Shown here piece after piece: positions 46,125 through 56,190 of a stretch of 64,000 bases of DNA. The stretch is from a virus. Lineage: Duplodnaviria > Heunggongvirae > Uroviricota > Caudoviricetes. Each line of letters starts with the position of its first letter. Position 1 is the stretch's first letter. The position numbers were made by a program, and so were the translations under genes. Below the pieces are notes generated by a model. The model was not told the origin of the DNA. It searched no databases and saw only the letters and a list, made by a program, of their open reading frames with translations. The stretch lies in the IMG/VR virus record IMGVR_UViG_3300037467_000966. The stretch is one strand, 5' to 3'.

Positions 46125-46516
46125 TCCTTCGACAGTAAACTTTTTGCTTGAGTATTCTTCTCGAAGACTGTCACTTCCTTCACATGGTCATGCGGAATAA
46201 ACGTGTACTTCCTCACATCTAATTCATCATGAGGCTTAAGAATACCTTCTACTTCAGGATGCATATAGTGAATCTTGTCATCACGCTCAATAGGAGAACC
46301 ATCGGTTTCATAGCCTTCCGTAGGGCGAATAATATACCATACAGAACCATTGCCATGATTTCCTTGCACCTTGACCAATACTTCTCGAATCTCTCCTTCT
46401 GGACCGCGTAATTCACTCGTTAATTTTACATGCATAAAACCACTCCTTCCGTCGTGCAACGGCGAATATCCCGCTCGGTTAAAAATATCCAAGTATAAAA
46501 AAGAGGACGCCGCCAT
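46118..46516 (-). CDS. KEW-tail family small protein (...QAKSLLSKEW)
   Basis: 132-aa ORF. Confidence 0.6.
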   Translation of the reverse strand: MAASSFLYLDIFNRAGYSPLHDGRSGFMHVKLTSELRGPEGEIREVLVKVQGNHGNGSVWYIIRPTEGYETDGSPIERDDKIHYMHPEVEGILKPHDELDVRKYTFIPHDHVKEVTVFEKNTQAKSLLSKEW

Positions 46517-46567
46517 ACCTATACTCTGTTGTTAAGGAAAGAGCACAACCAGAAACTCTCCCCTTAA

Positions 46568-46603
46568 CATAAAAAAAGGGACAGCTCTAAAAGAACCATC
46601 CCT
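46568..46603 (-). terminator. Intrinsic terminator (10-bp wobble-rich stem, then U7)
   Basis: gggacagctc...gaaccatccc on the plus strand, preceded by an A7 run. Confidence 0.55.
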
Positions 46604-46614
46604 TCCCTAACTTC

Positions 46615-47175
46615 CTATGCGTCAACCAATAGGCTGTCCACATAGCGTAGGATTTGCGCCTGAACCTTGCGGTCAAGAGTCAAATCACTAACGTACTGAG
46701 TCTGACCTTCACGCTCGTAGCTACGACGTTGCATACGAACATAAAGACTGTCGTCACGGTTAGACTCAACCACGGCAATACCTTTAACTTGACCAATAAT
46801 GGTTTCTAGCGTAATCGTCGCTACAGTACCATTGTTCCACTGTGCCTCACTAGGCTCGTATACCTTGATTTCACGAATACCCAACGCGTCGTTGAAAGAA
46901 TCCGCCGTTACACCTTCAGTCTCTGCTGAATCCTGAAGATACCACATACCATTACTAGATACAGCTTGGGCACCTAATCTACGCTTTGTAGCAGGACGCT
47001 CCTGAACCTTTGGTGCATTTGAACCAGTAGACTGGCGTGTAGATTTACGTGTAGTAGTTTTAGTTTCTGCCACTTGATTTTCCTCCTTCTTTGTTTCAAC
47101 CTGAGCTTTCGCTTGGATGTTTTCCTTAGCTGTAGATTTTCTTGCTGGAACCTTTACTGATACTTTTGTTGTCAT
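46615..47175 (-). CDS. K/T-rich N-terminus protein, paralogue of 32784-33338
   Basis: Shared C-terminus AQILRYVDSLLV. Confidence 0.6.
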   Translation of the reverse strand: MTTKVSVKVPARKSTAKENIQAKAQVETKKEENQVAETKTTTRKSTRQSTGSNAPKVQERPATKRRLGAQAVSSNGMWYLQDSAETEGVTADSFNDALGIREIKVYEPSEAQWNNGTVATITLETIIGQVKGIAVVESNRDDSLYVRMQRRSYEREGQTQYVSDLTLDRKVQAQILRYVDSLLVDA

Positions 47176-47261
47176 AATAAATTTCCTCCTATGCCTCTTT
47201 GGGCCAATTAATTTTATTCACACGGCGATTAGCAACATACAATAAACCTTACCCTTACCTT

Positions 47262-47447
47262 TTAACTCTCACCACCTTTAAATATCATCTTACCTACAAA
47301 CCACAAACAACCAATCACCACCAAGATAATCCCTAGTCCACCTAGAACGGGAACCAAGAATGCAACCACGGCGGGTAATACCGTAAAGCCTAAGAACAAA
47401 AAGCCACATATGAAAATCAGACTCCTTATCAGAGCCATATGTATCAC
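47262..47447 (-). CDS. Small membrane protein
   Basis: 61-aa hydrophobic ORF. Confidence 0.45.
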   Translation of the reverse strand: MIHMALIRSLIFICGFLFLGFTVLPAVVAFLVPVLGGLGIILVVIGCLWFVGKMIFKGGES

Positions 47448-47498
47448 TTCCTTTCACATGCGAAAAGGGAGACAGTACCAAGACCGCCTCCCCATATA

Positions 47499-48062
47499 TT
47501 AAGCTTCCTTATCAAATAACTTTCCTAGCGGACCTAAATCCATCTTGCCACCGCCAAGCTTTCCTAATAAATCACCCAGGCTAACCTCTTTAAGCTCTGG
47601 CTTTTCCCATGGTAACTTGCCACCCATCATATCTTTCAAATCCTTAGGCAGTTCGCCACCATTCTTTGCCTCCTCATGCTTCAAGAACGCCTTCAATAAC
47701 GGATTATCCTTTGGAATAGCCATGCCTTTACCATGAATAGGATGATTAACAGGAATAGCACCAGTCTTCTTCATAAGGTCATCCAGCATGCCTTGCATAA
47801 AATCCTTCTCATCCTGCTCATCAGCGGCGGACGCCATAGCCTCATCCAAATCTACTTCCATTACCTGACGTAGTTCAAATAGAATACCAGGAAGCTCCTT
47901 TAATACTTTCAAACCTTCCATTAAGTTATAATCAGAAACAGAAACCTCTAAGCCTTCAATAATAATACCATCAGCTAATTGTGGTACTGGAATCATCACT
48001 TTACCTAATTTAAAATTCATGTTCATGTCAACATACCTCCAAAGTTTTATAATAAATTTCAC
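47499..48062 (-). CDS. Hypothetical protein
   Basis: 187-aa ORF. Confidence 0.6.
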   Translation of the reverse strand: MKFIIKLWRYVDMNMNFKLGKVMIPVPQLADGIIIEGLEVSVSDYNLMEGLKVLKELPGILFELRQVMEVDLDEAMASAADEQDEKDFMQGMLDDLMKKTGAIPVNHPIHGKGMAIPKDNPLLKAFLKHEEAKNGGELPKDLKDMMGGKLPWEKPELKEVSLGDLLGKLGGGKMDLGPLGKLFDKEA

Positions 48063-48259
48063 ATGACTAAAGGGAGATACCAGCGCGGCACCTCCCTACT
48101 TTAACTTATATTCTATCACACTTTTACCTTCCATAGAAGCGAATAACATATCCTGCTTATGCGCACATCCAGCAAACGGGTCTTCCAATGTACCACATAG
48201 TAAACAACAAGCACTGCCTTCCATTTCATCAATGATTGGATGACTCTGCATTTCTCTCA

Positions 48260-48520
48260 TTATTCAACAACCTCCGTAAGGGAATACATTAAATCTAACA
48301 ACGGCTCGGATAAAACCTCCTCAATATAGCCGCGGTAAGGACTATCCAAATAATCAATCTCTAACGTAGGCTCTTCACCCTGAGAATCAACTATATGAAT
48401 CGTAGCCTCATCACCATCAGGAACAGTAACAGTAACGACGGCAACAACACCACTCTCAAATAAATCATCCGTAGGTTCCTCTACAACTAAATTAGCATTA
48501 CCAATACTAAACATATACAT
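48260..48520 (-). CDS. Acidic small protein
   Basis: 86-aa ORF. Confidence 0.5.
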   Translation of the reverse strand: MYMFSIGNANLVVEEPTDDLFESGVVAVVTVTVPDGDEATIHIVDSQGEEPTLEIDYLDSPYRGYIEEVLSEPLLDLMYSLTEVVE

Positions 48521-48710
48521 TCCTCCTACTAATCGGGTGCAGGATAAACTCCCTGCTTATTAAGAATAAATCTATCATCAAACAGAATACAGTCCATAGC
48601 TTAAAGAACCATGGTATAACAGACCACATAGTAAATGCCATACATGATTCAATCAAGAACGACATAACCATCCATGACTTAGCACCAACACTTACCGACT
48701 GTCTATCCAC
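48507..48710 (-). CDS. Small membrane protein, paralogue of 33322-33561
   Basis: See 33322 entry. Confidence 0.5.
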   Translation of the reverse strand: MDRQSVSVGAKSWMVMSFLIESCMAFTMWSVIPWFFKLWTVFCLMIDLFLISREFILHPISRRNVYV

Positions 48711-49174
48711 AACATCACCTCCTAATGGCGGGCGGGATTACCTTATGATTACAACATCACTATATAGTACAATAAGACATAGACAACTATATAGAGATAG
48801 ACCATATAGCATTACCCCATACAAGATAAGCTAATAGAACACCTAACCACATAGAAGTACCTATACCTAAACAAAACCATATAGCACATTTATTATAATT
48901 ATCCATACAACTTTCCTTTCATAGGTGTATTTTCCACTTTTACCTCTTATTATAGTACTTATGACTTTAGTCATTAGTCACCCATAATATAGGCACAAGG
49001 TACAAATAAATAAACATAACCTCTCAAACCCTTGGTACGCAAGGACTTTTTACTACCAGTACCCTCAAACATTCATTGTGTCTTACCTAGGCCCACTTTT
49101 AGTGTGTCCATTTGTTACCTTAAGGTTAAGTAAGTTACCATGACTTTATGACATCCAGAGAGAAAGGGAGTCAC

Positions 49175-49423
49175 CTACACGGCGCTCCCTATGCGTTCCT
49201 CTATATAGTCTCTGTCCATCTCCATCTCCATAGGATGGCTTATATAGTATTCCTCCAAGCGGCGGCGTATCTCCACTGGACCTTCTTCGGTATCACACTC
49301 TGGTAATACAGGGTCCTGTACTATATAGATATCATTGCCTATATAAGAGATGAATAGCCCGTCGGTGCCCAGTGTCATCCCTTCCTTTAATACATACATA
49401 CACTTATCAATAAACTCTTCCAT
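49175..49423 (-). CDS. Hypothetical protein inside the CTATATAG-rich spacer
   Basis: 82-aa ORF. Contains motif copies itself, so the call is uncertain. Confidence 0.4.
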   Translation of the reverse strand: MEEFIDKCMYVLKEGMTLGTDGLFISYIGNDIYIVQDPVLPECDTEEGPVEIRRRLEEYYISHPMEMEMDRDYIEERIGSAV

Positions 49424-49519
49424 TCTACCATTCCTCCTATATAGTACTACTTATGCCTATTAGCTAAATCATATAGCATTATGACACCACATATGAAAAA
49501 CAATGCCGCCACGTATAAC

Positions 49520-49612
49520 ACTCTATTCTATATAGTCTTCCTCTCCCTATATAGTTCCTGCTATATATACCATATACCTATATAGTACATGATACTCTCT
49601 ATATACATCCTA
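49520..49612. repeat. Array of CTATATAG-core repeats (5 copies, ~14-19 bp spacing)
   Basis: ctatatag at 49528, 49547, 49561, 49578 and 49597. Confidence 0.6.
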
Positions 49613-50059
49613 CCTATTAATTCAATTCAATTAATCAGGCGTAATACGCCCACCAGCGAAAGCCTCCTCTAAAGGGGTCCCCCCACAACTTCAACCAGCC
49701 GAAGGCGAATAGTCAGCCGAAGGCAGGTCCTCCTATATAGGGACTCCCACACCCTATTTGCATATGGCTCGCTCATCGCTCGCCATCGGGCTTGCACCTG
49801 CTACCGCAGGGTCCGATAAAGAACGGGGCCTCTATAGCTAAACGCTCCCCGCGTGCGTCGGCGCAACAAGTTCGAATCTTAAGGGTCCCCTTCCCATGCG
49901 TAAACTCCGTGACAGCTTCCCCCCATTCACTTGAACTTGTAACGCGCCTCCTACCAGTCAAGCTTGGCCTCGCTTCGCTCGGCGTATCGGGCGGGTATAT
50001 TCTCCAGCGTATATAGATAATGTATAAAACTAGCAGCCCATACAAGTAATCATCTCCCT

Positions 50060-50090
50060 ATATAGTAATAAAGGAGGCCGAAGCCCCCAT
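50060..50090 (-). terminator. Intrinsic terminator (RNA GGGGGC-UUCG-GCCUCC then U/A-rich)
   Basis: Immediately downstream of the 50099 stop. Confidence 0.5.
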
Positions 50091-50098
50091 GGTGACAA

Positions 50099-51319
50099 TT
50101 ACTCTGCTACAACTCCCCACATGTCAAGACCAGCATCATACTGAGCAATAGCCATGATTAATGCAAGAGTTTCACGAGGTACAACCAAGTTAGGAACAGT
50201 TTGGAATACCCAGTTGCCATCAAACTCCATATCCAAAGCGTGTGATACAGATACTTCAGCGTCAGCATGTTTCTTCTTGCAGCTTGTGCAGTATAGGTTA
50301 CCAGTGTTGCCTTTGAATTCTTTACCGCAAGTACAAGTAGCTTTCACATTGATTTCATTAGGTCTCCAGAAACCGAATGCAGGACGAAGGCCGTTCTTTG
50401 TATCCACCCATCCAATAGAAGTAGATGCAAGGTCAGAGCTAGAGTTAGCAGATGCATTCTTGATTGGGAACTCCAAGATGTTACCATTAGCTTTGATTTG
50501 GATTACCACAGTGATGTCTGGGTTGTTACGAGTACGAGACACTTCACTTGGGTCAACCAATACGATTTGCTCAATACCTAGTTCAGCATCAGACAATGTT
50601 TCAAGGATTCCTTCTAATCGGTTTAATACAGGGTATAGTTCAGCATTCAAGTACCAAGGGCCTTCAAACTTCTTGAATTCATTCTTGATTGATTCAGAGC
50701 GACCTAGACGACGACGACCTTCAGCAGCAGCAGGCTTAGTATTCTTTAGTACACGGCTAGTAGATTTACGGTTTGGTTTATTCATTTCAGTTTCCACCTT
50801 TTCATTAGTTGTAGTTTTAGTTTCTTTTACTTCAGCTTTCTTTTCTTCTTGTGTAGCAGCACCAGTATTTAAACGACGACGACCAGCAACCTTCTTTTCT
50901 TCTTGTTTCATTTCAACTTCCTCCTTAGTGTTTTCAACTTTGTTTGCATGTTTAGCCAAGAACTTTTGTGCAGCAGATGATTTAGCGATAGTAGCAGCTT
51001 TCTTTTCTTCAGGTGTAGATTCAACAGATACAGTGATTTCAGCAGTTTTAGTAGTTTTCATTAATTCCATCTCCTTAGTGTATGCTTGGTTTAGTACAGC
51101 AGCGATTGCATTAGCAACATTGATATCATCAGATACTACAGCGATGGACTTCTCTCCGCCGTTGATAGCTTCCATCACATACATATCAACAGCTTCTTCA
51201 AGTCCGTTCTTGCCCTCAGCAGTAAAGTTGTTAACAGTCATTTGGAAGTCTTCAACAAGAACATCAACACCAGCTTTAACATCTTCAGTAGTTGCTACGA
51301 ATTTTACAAATTTAGTCAT
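50099..51319 (-). CDS. Hypothetical abundant-looking protein: N-terminal domain, K/E-rich linker, C-terminal CxxC...CxxC zinc ribbon
   Basis: 406-aa ORF bracketed by terminators. CTCGKEFKGNTGNLYCTSCKK. Confidence 0.7.
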   Translation of the reverse strand: MTKFVKFVATTEDVKAGVDVLVEDFQMTVNNFTAEGKNGLEEAVDMYVMEAINGGEKSIAVVSDDINVANAIAAVLNQAYTKEMELMKTTKTAEITVSVESTPEEKKAATIAKSSAAQKFLAKHANKVENTKEEVEMKQEEKKVAGRRRLNTGAATQEEKKAEVKETKTTTNEKVETEMNKPNRKSTSRVLKNTKPAAAEGRRRLGRSESIKNEFKKFEGPWYLNAELYPVLNRLEGILETLSDAELGIEQIVLVDPSEVSRTRNNPDITVVIQIKANGNILEFPIKNASANSSSDLASTSIGWVDTKNGLRPAFGFWRPNEINVKATCTCGKEFKGNTGNLYCTSCKKKHADAEVSVSHALDMEFDGNWVFQTVPNLVVPRETLALIMAIAQYDAGLDMWGVVAE

Positions 51320-51354
51320 GATTAATTACCATCCTTATTATTAGTTATAGTTTT

Positions 51355-51392
51355 TTGGTTAAATAAATAAAGGGAAGCCCGAAGACTCCCCT
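51355..51392 (-). terminator. Intrinsic terminator (RNA GGGGAGUC-UUCG-GGCUUCCC then UUUAUUUAUUU)
   Basis: Textbook hairpin plus U-tract after the 837-aa gene. Confidence 0.75.
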
Positions 51393-51402
51393 GTGGTATT
51401 GC

Positions 51403-53916
51403 TTATAGTCCTAGAAGGTCAGCGATGTAGAACTTCACATCATCACAAACATTCAAGGCTTCTAGTGCAGCTTTAGGGTCAGCATCACGTTTCACATTGC
51501 TTACAAGAGAAGCATCGCGGCGAGAACCATCAGCAAACACATAGTAGTTGTTTGTTAATTCGATTTGAAGCATATGCTGTAATGCACCAGTAGCAAGCTC
51601 CACATCTTTAGCGTCATCACCAACAAGAACGAAACGTTGACCGCTTTCGATGACACGGTAGACATAGTCCATAGCCTTGTCATTCAAGTAACGAGTGAAC
51701 TCAGTTGGCATTAAATCTTTGTAACCCATACCATAACCGATTTCATCTTCACGGTCCATAGTCTCACCCATAACCCACTCCACTTTGATTTCTTCTAAGT
51801 GAGCTGGAGCTTCGATTACAGTCCCATCTTCTTGCTCTACTTCAAGAACCACATTAGTAGTATCGAAGAAGTATGGTGCGAATGCTGGAATCTTCTTAGA
51901 CTCTTCACGCTCTTGAGCACGAACGATGGCTTGAGCTAACCAGTACACAGCAAGGTCCCACTTATCGTTCTCAGCATCAGTTAAACCTTCAGGCTTGTTA
52001 TCAGCTAATTCGAAGATTGCTTCTGCTTGAGCTTCATCAAGTTTCCACATGTTGAATGCAGCAAAGAAGATTTGGTTGATTTTCTTCATTACATCATTGT
52101 GACGAACATCTTCTGGCATAGTTGGCGCAACAAATCCTTTATCTGAGTATTTGAATACGTGTGGTGCTCCGTATACAGTTAATCCAGCAGATTTAACACG
52201 AACAGCTAATGGCTTCTCAACTTCACCAGGGAACTTAGGCACCCATAGTTTCTTACCTTCTACTTCAACATATGTTTGAACGAATTGACGCTCAACTTGT
52301 GGAAGCTCTTTGTAGAATGGAGAAACATAATCAGACTTACCTTGCTCACGTAATGATGCACGTTCAGCTGCTACCTTACCTTCAGACTTAGGAGTGTTGC
52401 CATGGTAGTGAACACAATCTTCAGCCGCACCTCTTGTACCTTCAGCACGGAATTCAAACTTGTTGATTGCTTCACCTTTCATTAGGATTTGATTGTGACC
52501 AACATAACGGATTCTTCCTTCTGCATCACGATAGTCTGTTTTCTCGAATTGCTCAGCTTCGTTTAATGCAAGTGTTGCTTCAACATCCACAAACTTCTGA
52601 GAAAGACCACAAACAACGGACGGCAGGTTGCTACCCACTTGAGCCAATTCAAGGATGCTTAATGGATTCAACACAGAACGAGACTTTCTTGAAGTATCCA
52701 AATCACCGTTTACTTCATCACGTTGGAACAAACGTACACTGTGAGCACAAGTAGTACAAAGCTTATTGATGGCATGGATATTACGCACATCTTGTTGAGC
52801 AAACTCACCAGTGAACACTTGGATATACGCAGTTACCTGAGCATTGAACCAAGAGTTGTTATCAGCTACATACATAGACTCATCTTTGAAACGTGCATTC
52901 TTGCTGTTGATATAACGTACATCAGCAGTCTTGAATACAGGCCATGGGCGTCCACCATTCTTATCAGCATCAACTGGAAGGTTAACTCTTGGCTTACCGT
53001 CTTTACCTAATTTGATTGGTAGTACAATATAGCCTTTACCTTCAGCTGGTTTCATAGAGTTGTTACGTGGCTTAGTGAAGTCAGCATCATAAGCAACACG
53101 ATTACCTTCAGCATCATAGCCATTGAAGTCTAACCATTCAACCATACCCATGCGACCAGTGTTTGGATTTGGCAACTTACGGTTGAAGAACTTGATTTGC
53201 ATATAATCCTTAGGAATACGCACAGTTACTTCACCGATAATTGTTTGCTCCCACTTCTCACCATTCTTGTTCACACCTTCACTGTGACGAACATACTTAC
53301 GGCTACGAATCTCTTCACGAGTTGCTTCTGCTTTCTCAGCATAGAACCAGATGTTTTCCACACGCACACCAAAGTCACCAATGCTACGGAAGTATTCATT
53401 CTTAGAATTGTTCACGTTGTCCAGCATAGCTTGAATCTCATTTGACAATCCACCAGTATGAGATACGTTAAACTCATTGAATGCACCTTTCTCTAAGTGC
53501 TTAGAGTTGTTGATTGCCTTTTGATTACGGTAGTTTACTTGTTCTTGTTCAGTCATAGTTTGAACTTCCTCCTTTTGATTTGTTTCTGCCACTAGAGTCT
53601 CACTAGCAGCAGATAATTGACCAACTTCACCTTCAACTTCTACAGTTTCAGCAACAGGACCACGAAGAGATTCCATATCAGCCGCGAAATCTTCATCGTC
53701 AATATCCATTTCAAGAGCACGAGCGAAAAGGTTAATCTTAACTGCTTTAGTCATACGAGTAGTGTGAGCAACCATTAATGAATCAAGAGCTTCGTCAAGC
53801 ATAGCAACAGTTACATTACGTCCAAGACCAGTTACGAAAGCTTCGATTTCAGTAGCAGTTTTAACTCCAGCGTTGATTACCATTTCGATTACAGTTGCGA
53901 TAGTAGTGTTTGTCAT
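51403..53916 (-). CDS. Large hypothetical protein (837 aa), terminator-insulated
   Basis: Long clean ORF with an N-terminal segment similar in character to the 406-aa neighbour. Confidence 0.75.
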   Translation of the reverse strand: MTNTTIATVIEMVINAGVKTATEIEAFVTGLGRNVTVAMLDEALDSLMVAHTTRMTKAVKINLFARALEMDIDDEDFAADMESLRGPVAETVEVEGEVGQLSAASETLVAETNQKEEVQTMTEQEQVNYRNQKAINNSKHLEKGAFNEFNVSHTGGLSNEIQAMLDNVNNSKNEYFRSIGDFGVRVENIWFYAEKAEATREEIRSRKYVRHSEGVNKNGEKWEQTIIGEVTVRIPKDYMQIKFFNRKLPNPNTGRMGMVEWLDFNGYDAEGNRVAYDADFTKPRNNSMKPAEGKGYIVLPIKLGKDGKPRVNLPVDADKNGGRPWPVFKTADVRYINSKNARFKDESMYVADNNSWFNAQVTAYIQVFTGEFAQQDVRNIHAINKLCTTCAHSVRLFQRDEVNGDLDTSRKSRSVLNPLSILELAQVGSNLPSVVCGLSQKFVDVEATLALNEAEQFEKTDYRDAEGRIRYVGHNQILMKGEAINKFEFRAEGTRGAAEDCVHYHGNTPKSEGKVAAERASLREQGKSDYVSPFYKELPQVERQFVQTYVEVEGKKLWVPKFPGEVEKPLAVRVKSAGLTVYGAPHVFKYSDKGFVAPTMPEDVRHNDVMKKINQIFFAAFNMWKLDEAQAEAIFELADNKPEGLTDAENDKWDLAVYWLAQAIVRAQEREESKKIPAFAPYFFDTTNVVLEVEQEDGTVIEAPAHLEEIKVEWVMGETMDREDEIGYGMGYKDLMPTEFTRYLNDKAMDYVYRVIESGQRFVLVGDDAKDVELATGALQHMLQIELTNNYYVFADGSRRDASLVSNVKRDADPKAALEALNVCDDVKFYIADLLGL

Positions 53917-54027
53917 TTTAAATTATCCCCTTTTGATTGTTAGTTTTTTATGATGGCCTCTCACCCATCTGTGTCCTCACTGTTAAACCAACCATTGACT
54001 CTCCCGACAACGACAATTATTTATCTA

Positions 54028-54648
54028 TTAATCTGCTAGTGGTGCTTGGCGGCCTAACTTACGACGACCACCTTTAAGTGGAGCAGCAACACCTTCATCT
54101 TTCTTAGTCTCCATCTTCACCACGTTTTCTTCTTTCTTTGGTTCAGGCTGTTTAATCTCGATGATTTCTTCCTCTTCATCTTCTTCCACTTCACCAAATG
54201 GATTTGTACCGAATAACTTCTGAGCTAACATGCCCAACATCTGAGTTACCTCAGGATTCACAACAACATCAGCAACAGCTGCTACTTTCTTTGCCACTTC
54301 TTCATCTTTCTTAGCCTGAGCTTCCAAACGGTCATCCTCAAGGATAGCCTCAACGATTTCTTCATCAGTTGGAAGATTCACACCAGTAGCCTGAGCAATC
54401 ATTGAAATCTTAACTGCGTCAACACGTTGTTGCATTTCAACGTTATTCAAACGAGTGTTGAACTTGGCAGCAATACCATCAACTTTCTTATTAGTTGCAG
54501 GCATAACTCCTTTAACAGTAGAGCCAACAGTTGCAGCAGTAGACTTAGTAGTATCCCAAGCCTTGTTAGCGAATTGAGTTGTAGCTTCAACAGCAGCACC
54601 TCCGTTATTTCCTAGTGCTGATTTGAATTGTGATAATGTGAATGCCAT
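54028..54648 (-). CDS. Hypothetical protein (start adjusted to ATG with GAAAGGAG RBS)
   Basis: The track ORF extends 17 codons further upstream without an RBS. Confidence 0.6.
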   Translation of the reverse strand: MAFTLSQFKSALGNNGGAAVEATTQFANKAWDTTKSTAATVGSTVKGVMPATNKKVDGIAAKFNTRLNNVEMQQRVDAVKISMIAQATGVNLPTDEEIVEAILEDDRLEAQAKKDEEVAKKVAAVADVVVNPEVTQMLGMLAQKLFGTNPFGEVEEDEEEEIIEIKQPEPKKEENVVKMETKKDEGVAAPLKGGRRKLGRQAPLAD

Positions 54649-54761
54649 GATTATTTTCTCCTTTCGTCCCGCCCCTTTTTGGGCTGCCAGACGTACCAAT
54701 GACTAAGTGACAGGGATAGACAGATTTATCCCAACAACAATGACGGTCACCTCCTACGCCA

Positions 54762-54788
54762 TACAAAAAGGAGAGCCGAAGCTCCCCC
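54762..54788 (-). terminator. Intrinsic terminator (RNA GGGGAGC-UUCG-GCUCUCC then U5)
   Basis: ggagagccgaagctcccc preceded by caaaaa on the plus strand. Confidence 0.7.
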
Positions 54789-54793
54789 TGTCA

Positions 54794-55216
54794 TTACTTT
54801 ATGTCACCATAGGCCCATTTAGTTAACCAAGAGCCAAGGCCGCCAGCACCTTTCTTTGTAACCTTCTTAGTGGTATCAATTGCCTTAGCTGTCCTTTCAC
54901 CAAGACTCTGAGCTAAAGCACCACCACTCGTTTGCTTAGCCACTTGGTCAGCAGTCTTACCAGTACTAGCTTGGATAACAATATCTAAAACGTCATATGC
55001 ACTCATACCAGATGGGTCCATACCAACCTGCTTTACCATAGCGAATACAGACAATAGTTCTTTAACCTCTTTACGCTTCATAGCAGCACCAGCAATTTCT
55101 TCATCTAATGCATCAGGGTCAGCAATGATATCATTAAGAATAGTAATGCGTTTCATTAGTCTTTCCTCCGTGAAGCTTACAAACTCTGAACCTAGTAAAT
55201 TGATTTCTTTTGACAT
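54794..55216 (-). CDS. Hypothetical protein (start adjusted to ATG with GGAGG RBS)
   Basis: MSKEINLLGSEF... with GGAGG 7 nt upstream. Confidence 0.6.
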   Translation of the reverse strand: MSKEINLLGSEFVSFTEERLMKRITILNDIIADPDALDEEIAGAAMKRKEVKELLSVFAMVKQVGMDPSGMSAYDVLDIVIQASTGKTADQVAKQTSGGALAQSLGERTAKAIDTTKKVTKKGAGGLGSWLTKWAYGDIK

Positions 55217-55725
55217 GATTAATTCCTCCAATTTAAAATTTAGTAACATAATAAAGGGAACTGCGAATCGAGCAGGAAACAGAACAAACTCTCCCCGTCA
55301 TTTAAGAAACCCCGCGACGGGTGTTTCTAACTACGTTAGGCTCCCACCCCCTTTCGGTAGGTGAGTAAAAGACAGACGACCTGGGTACTTGCTGTTGATT
55401 GCTGTTGCTTCAGATGTTTGTACGTGTTGTTTCATGATAGTTTCCATCTCCATTGCTTGTGTTGCTTCCCCAGTAAACCCCCGCCAACCATTTCTCCTCT
55501 CCCTAGTGTAACTCTGTCTGTATACATCGAGGACAAACTTAGGCGGGCCTTGCACTTTTACCAACTCCTTTCATACTATGCTCAGGGACCCATACCACCC
55601 TGGCAATCTTACTAGCACCCTCCAACCAATGCATGCTGTTACCAACATGCCCCTCACCAGTTCTTCGGTAACTGGCTACTGTGCTTTAATTAATCCGTGG
55701 CAAATGCGACTAGATGACAACTTCC

Positions 55726-56190
55726 CTATCTCTGATAGTAATTTGGGGGAAGAGGTTTTACCTTTTTAGTACGTGCTGTTATATCATACATAGGTGCGTC
55801 ATCAAATAATCGAAAAGCTCTACGGACTAATGCAGCTGCATCCTTCTTGATGGCAACTGAGAATAACGGTCTAAGGCTAGACACTAAAGCTCGGATTTCC
55901 TTTAGGTCTTTACAATCTCTTTCCATCTTTGTGATAGCGTACTTAAACTCACCTGCACGGGCACATAAATCCATGAAGTATTCAGTTTTGATTTCTTCAT
56001 TACCCAATGCATTGATGCTTGTTTCGCGAACGACAAGACTGAAAGATTTTGTAGCAACGACTTTTCTGTACGTTTGCCCCTCAAACTGCACAACGCCCTC
56101 GATATTTACCAAGCCTTTATGGACTTCAATGTGGTAAGAGCGATTGTATTTCTCAAATTCCCATGTTAGCATTAATTGACGGTTCTCCAT
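55726..56190 (-). CDS. Hypothetical protein (start adjusted, GGAGG RBS)
   Basis: MENRQLMLTWEF.... Confidence 0.55.
   Translation of the reverse strand: MENRQLMLTWEFEKYNRSYHIEVHKGLVNIEGVVQFEGQTYRKVVATKSFSLVVRETSINALGNEEIKTEYFMDLCARAGEFKYAITKMERDCKDLKEIRALVSSLRPLFSVAIKKDAAALVRRAFRLFDDAPMYDITARTKKVKPLPPNYYQR

Noticed and set aside
49773-50045. 90-aa minus-strand ORF in the GC-rich island
   Set aside because: Arg/Gly/Pro-rich composition expected from translating GC-rich non-coding DNA. No RBS. Treated as non-coding (see GC island finding).
50154-51344. 396-aa plus-strand ORF
   Set aside because: It is antisense to the 406-aa minus-strand gene (50099-51319). The translation is S/T/F-rich low complexity with no RBS, while the minus strand has a coherent protein, an RBS and flanking terminators. 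Classic shadow ORF.
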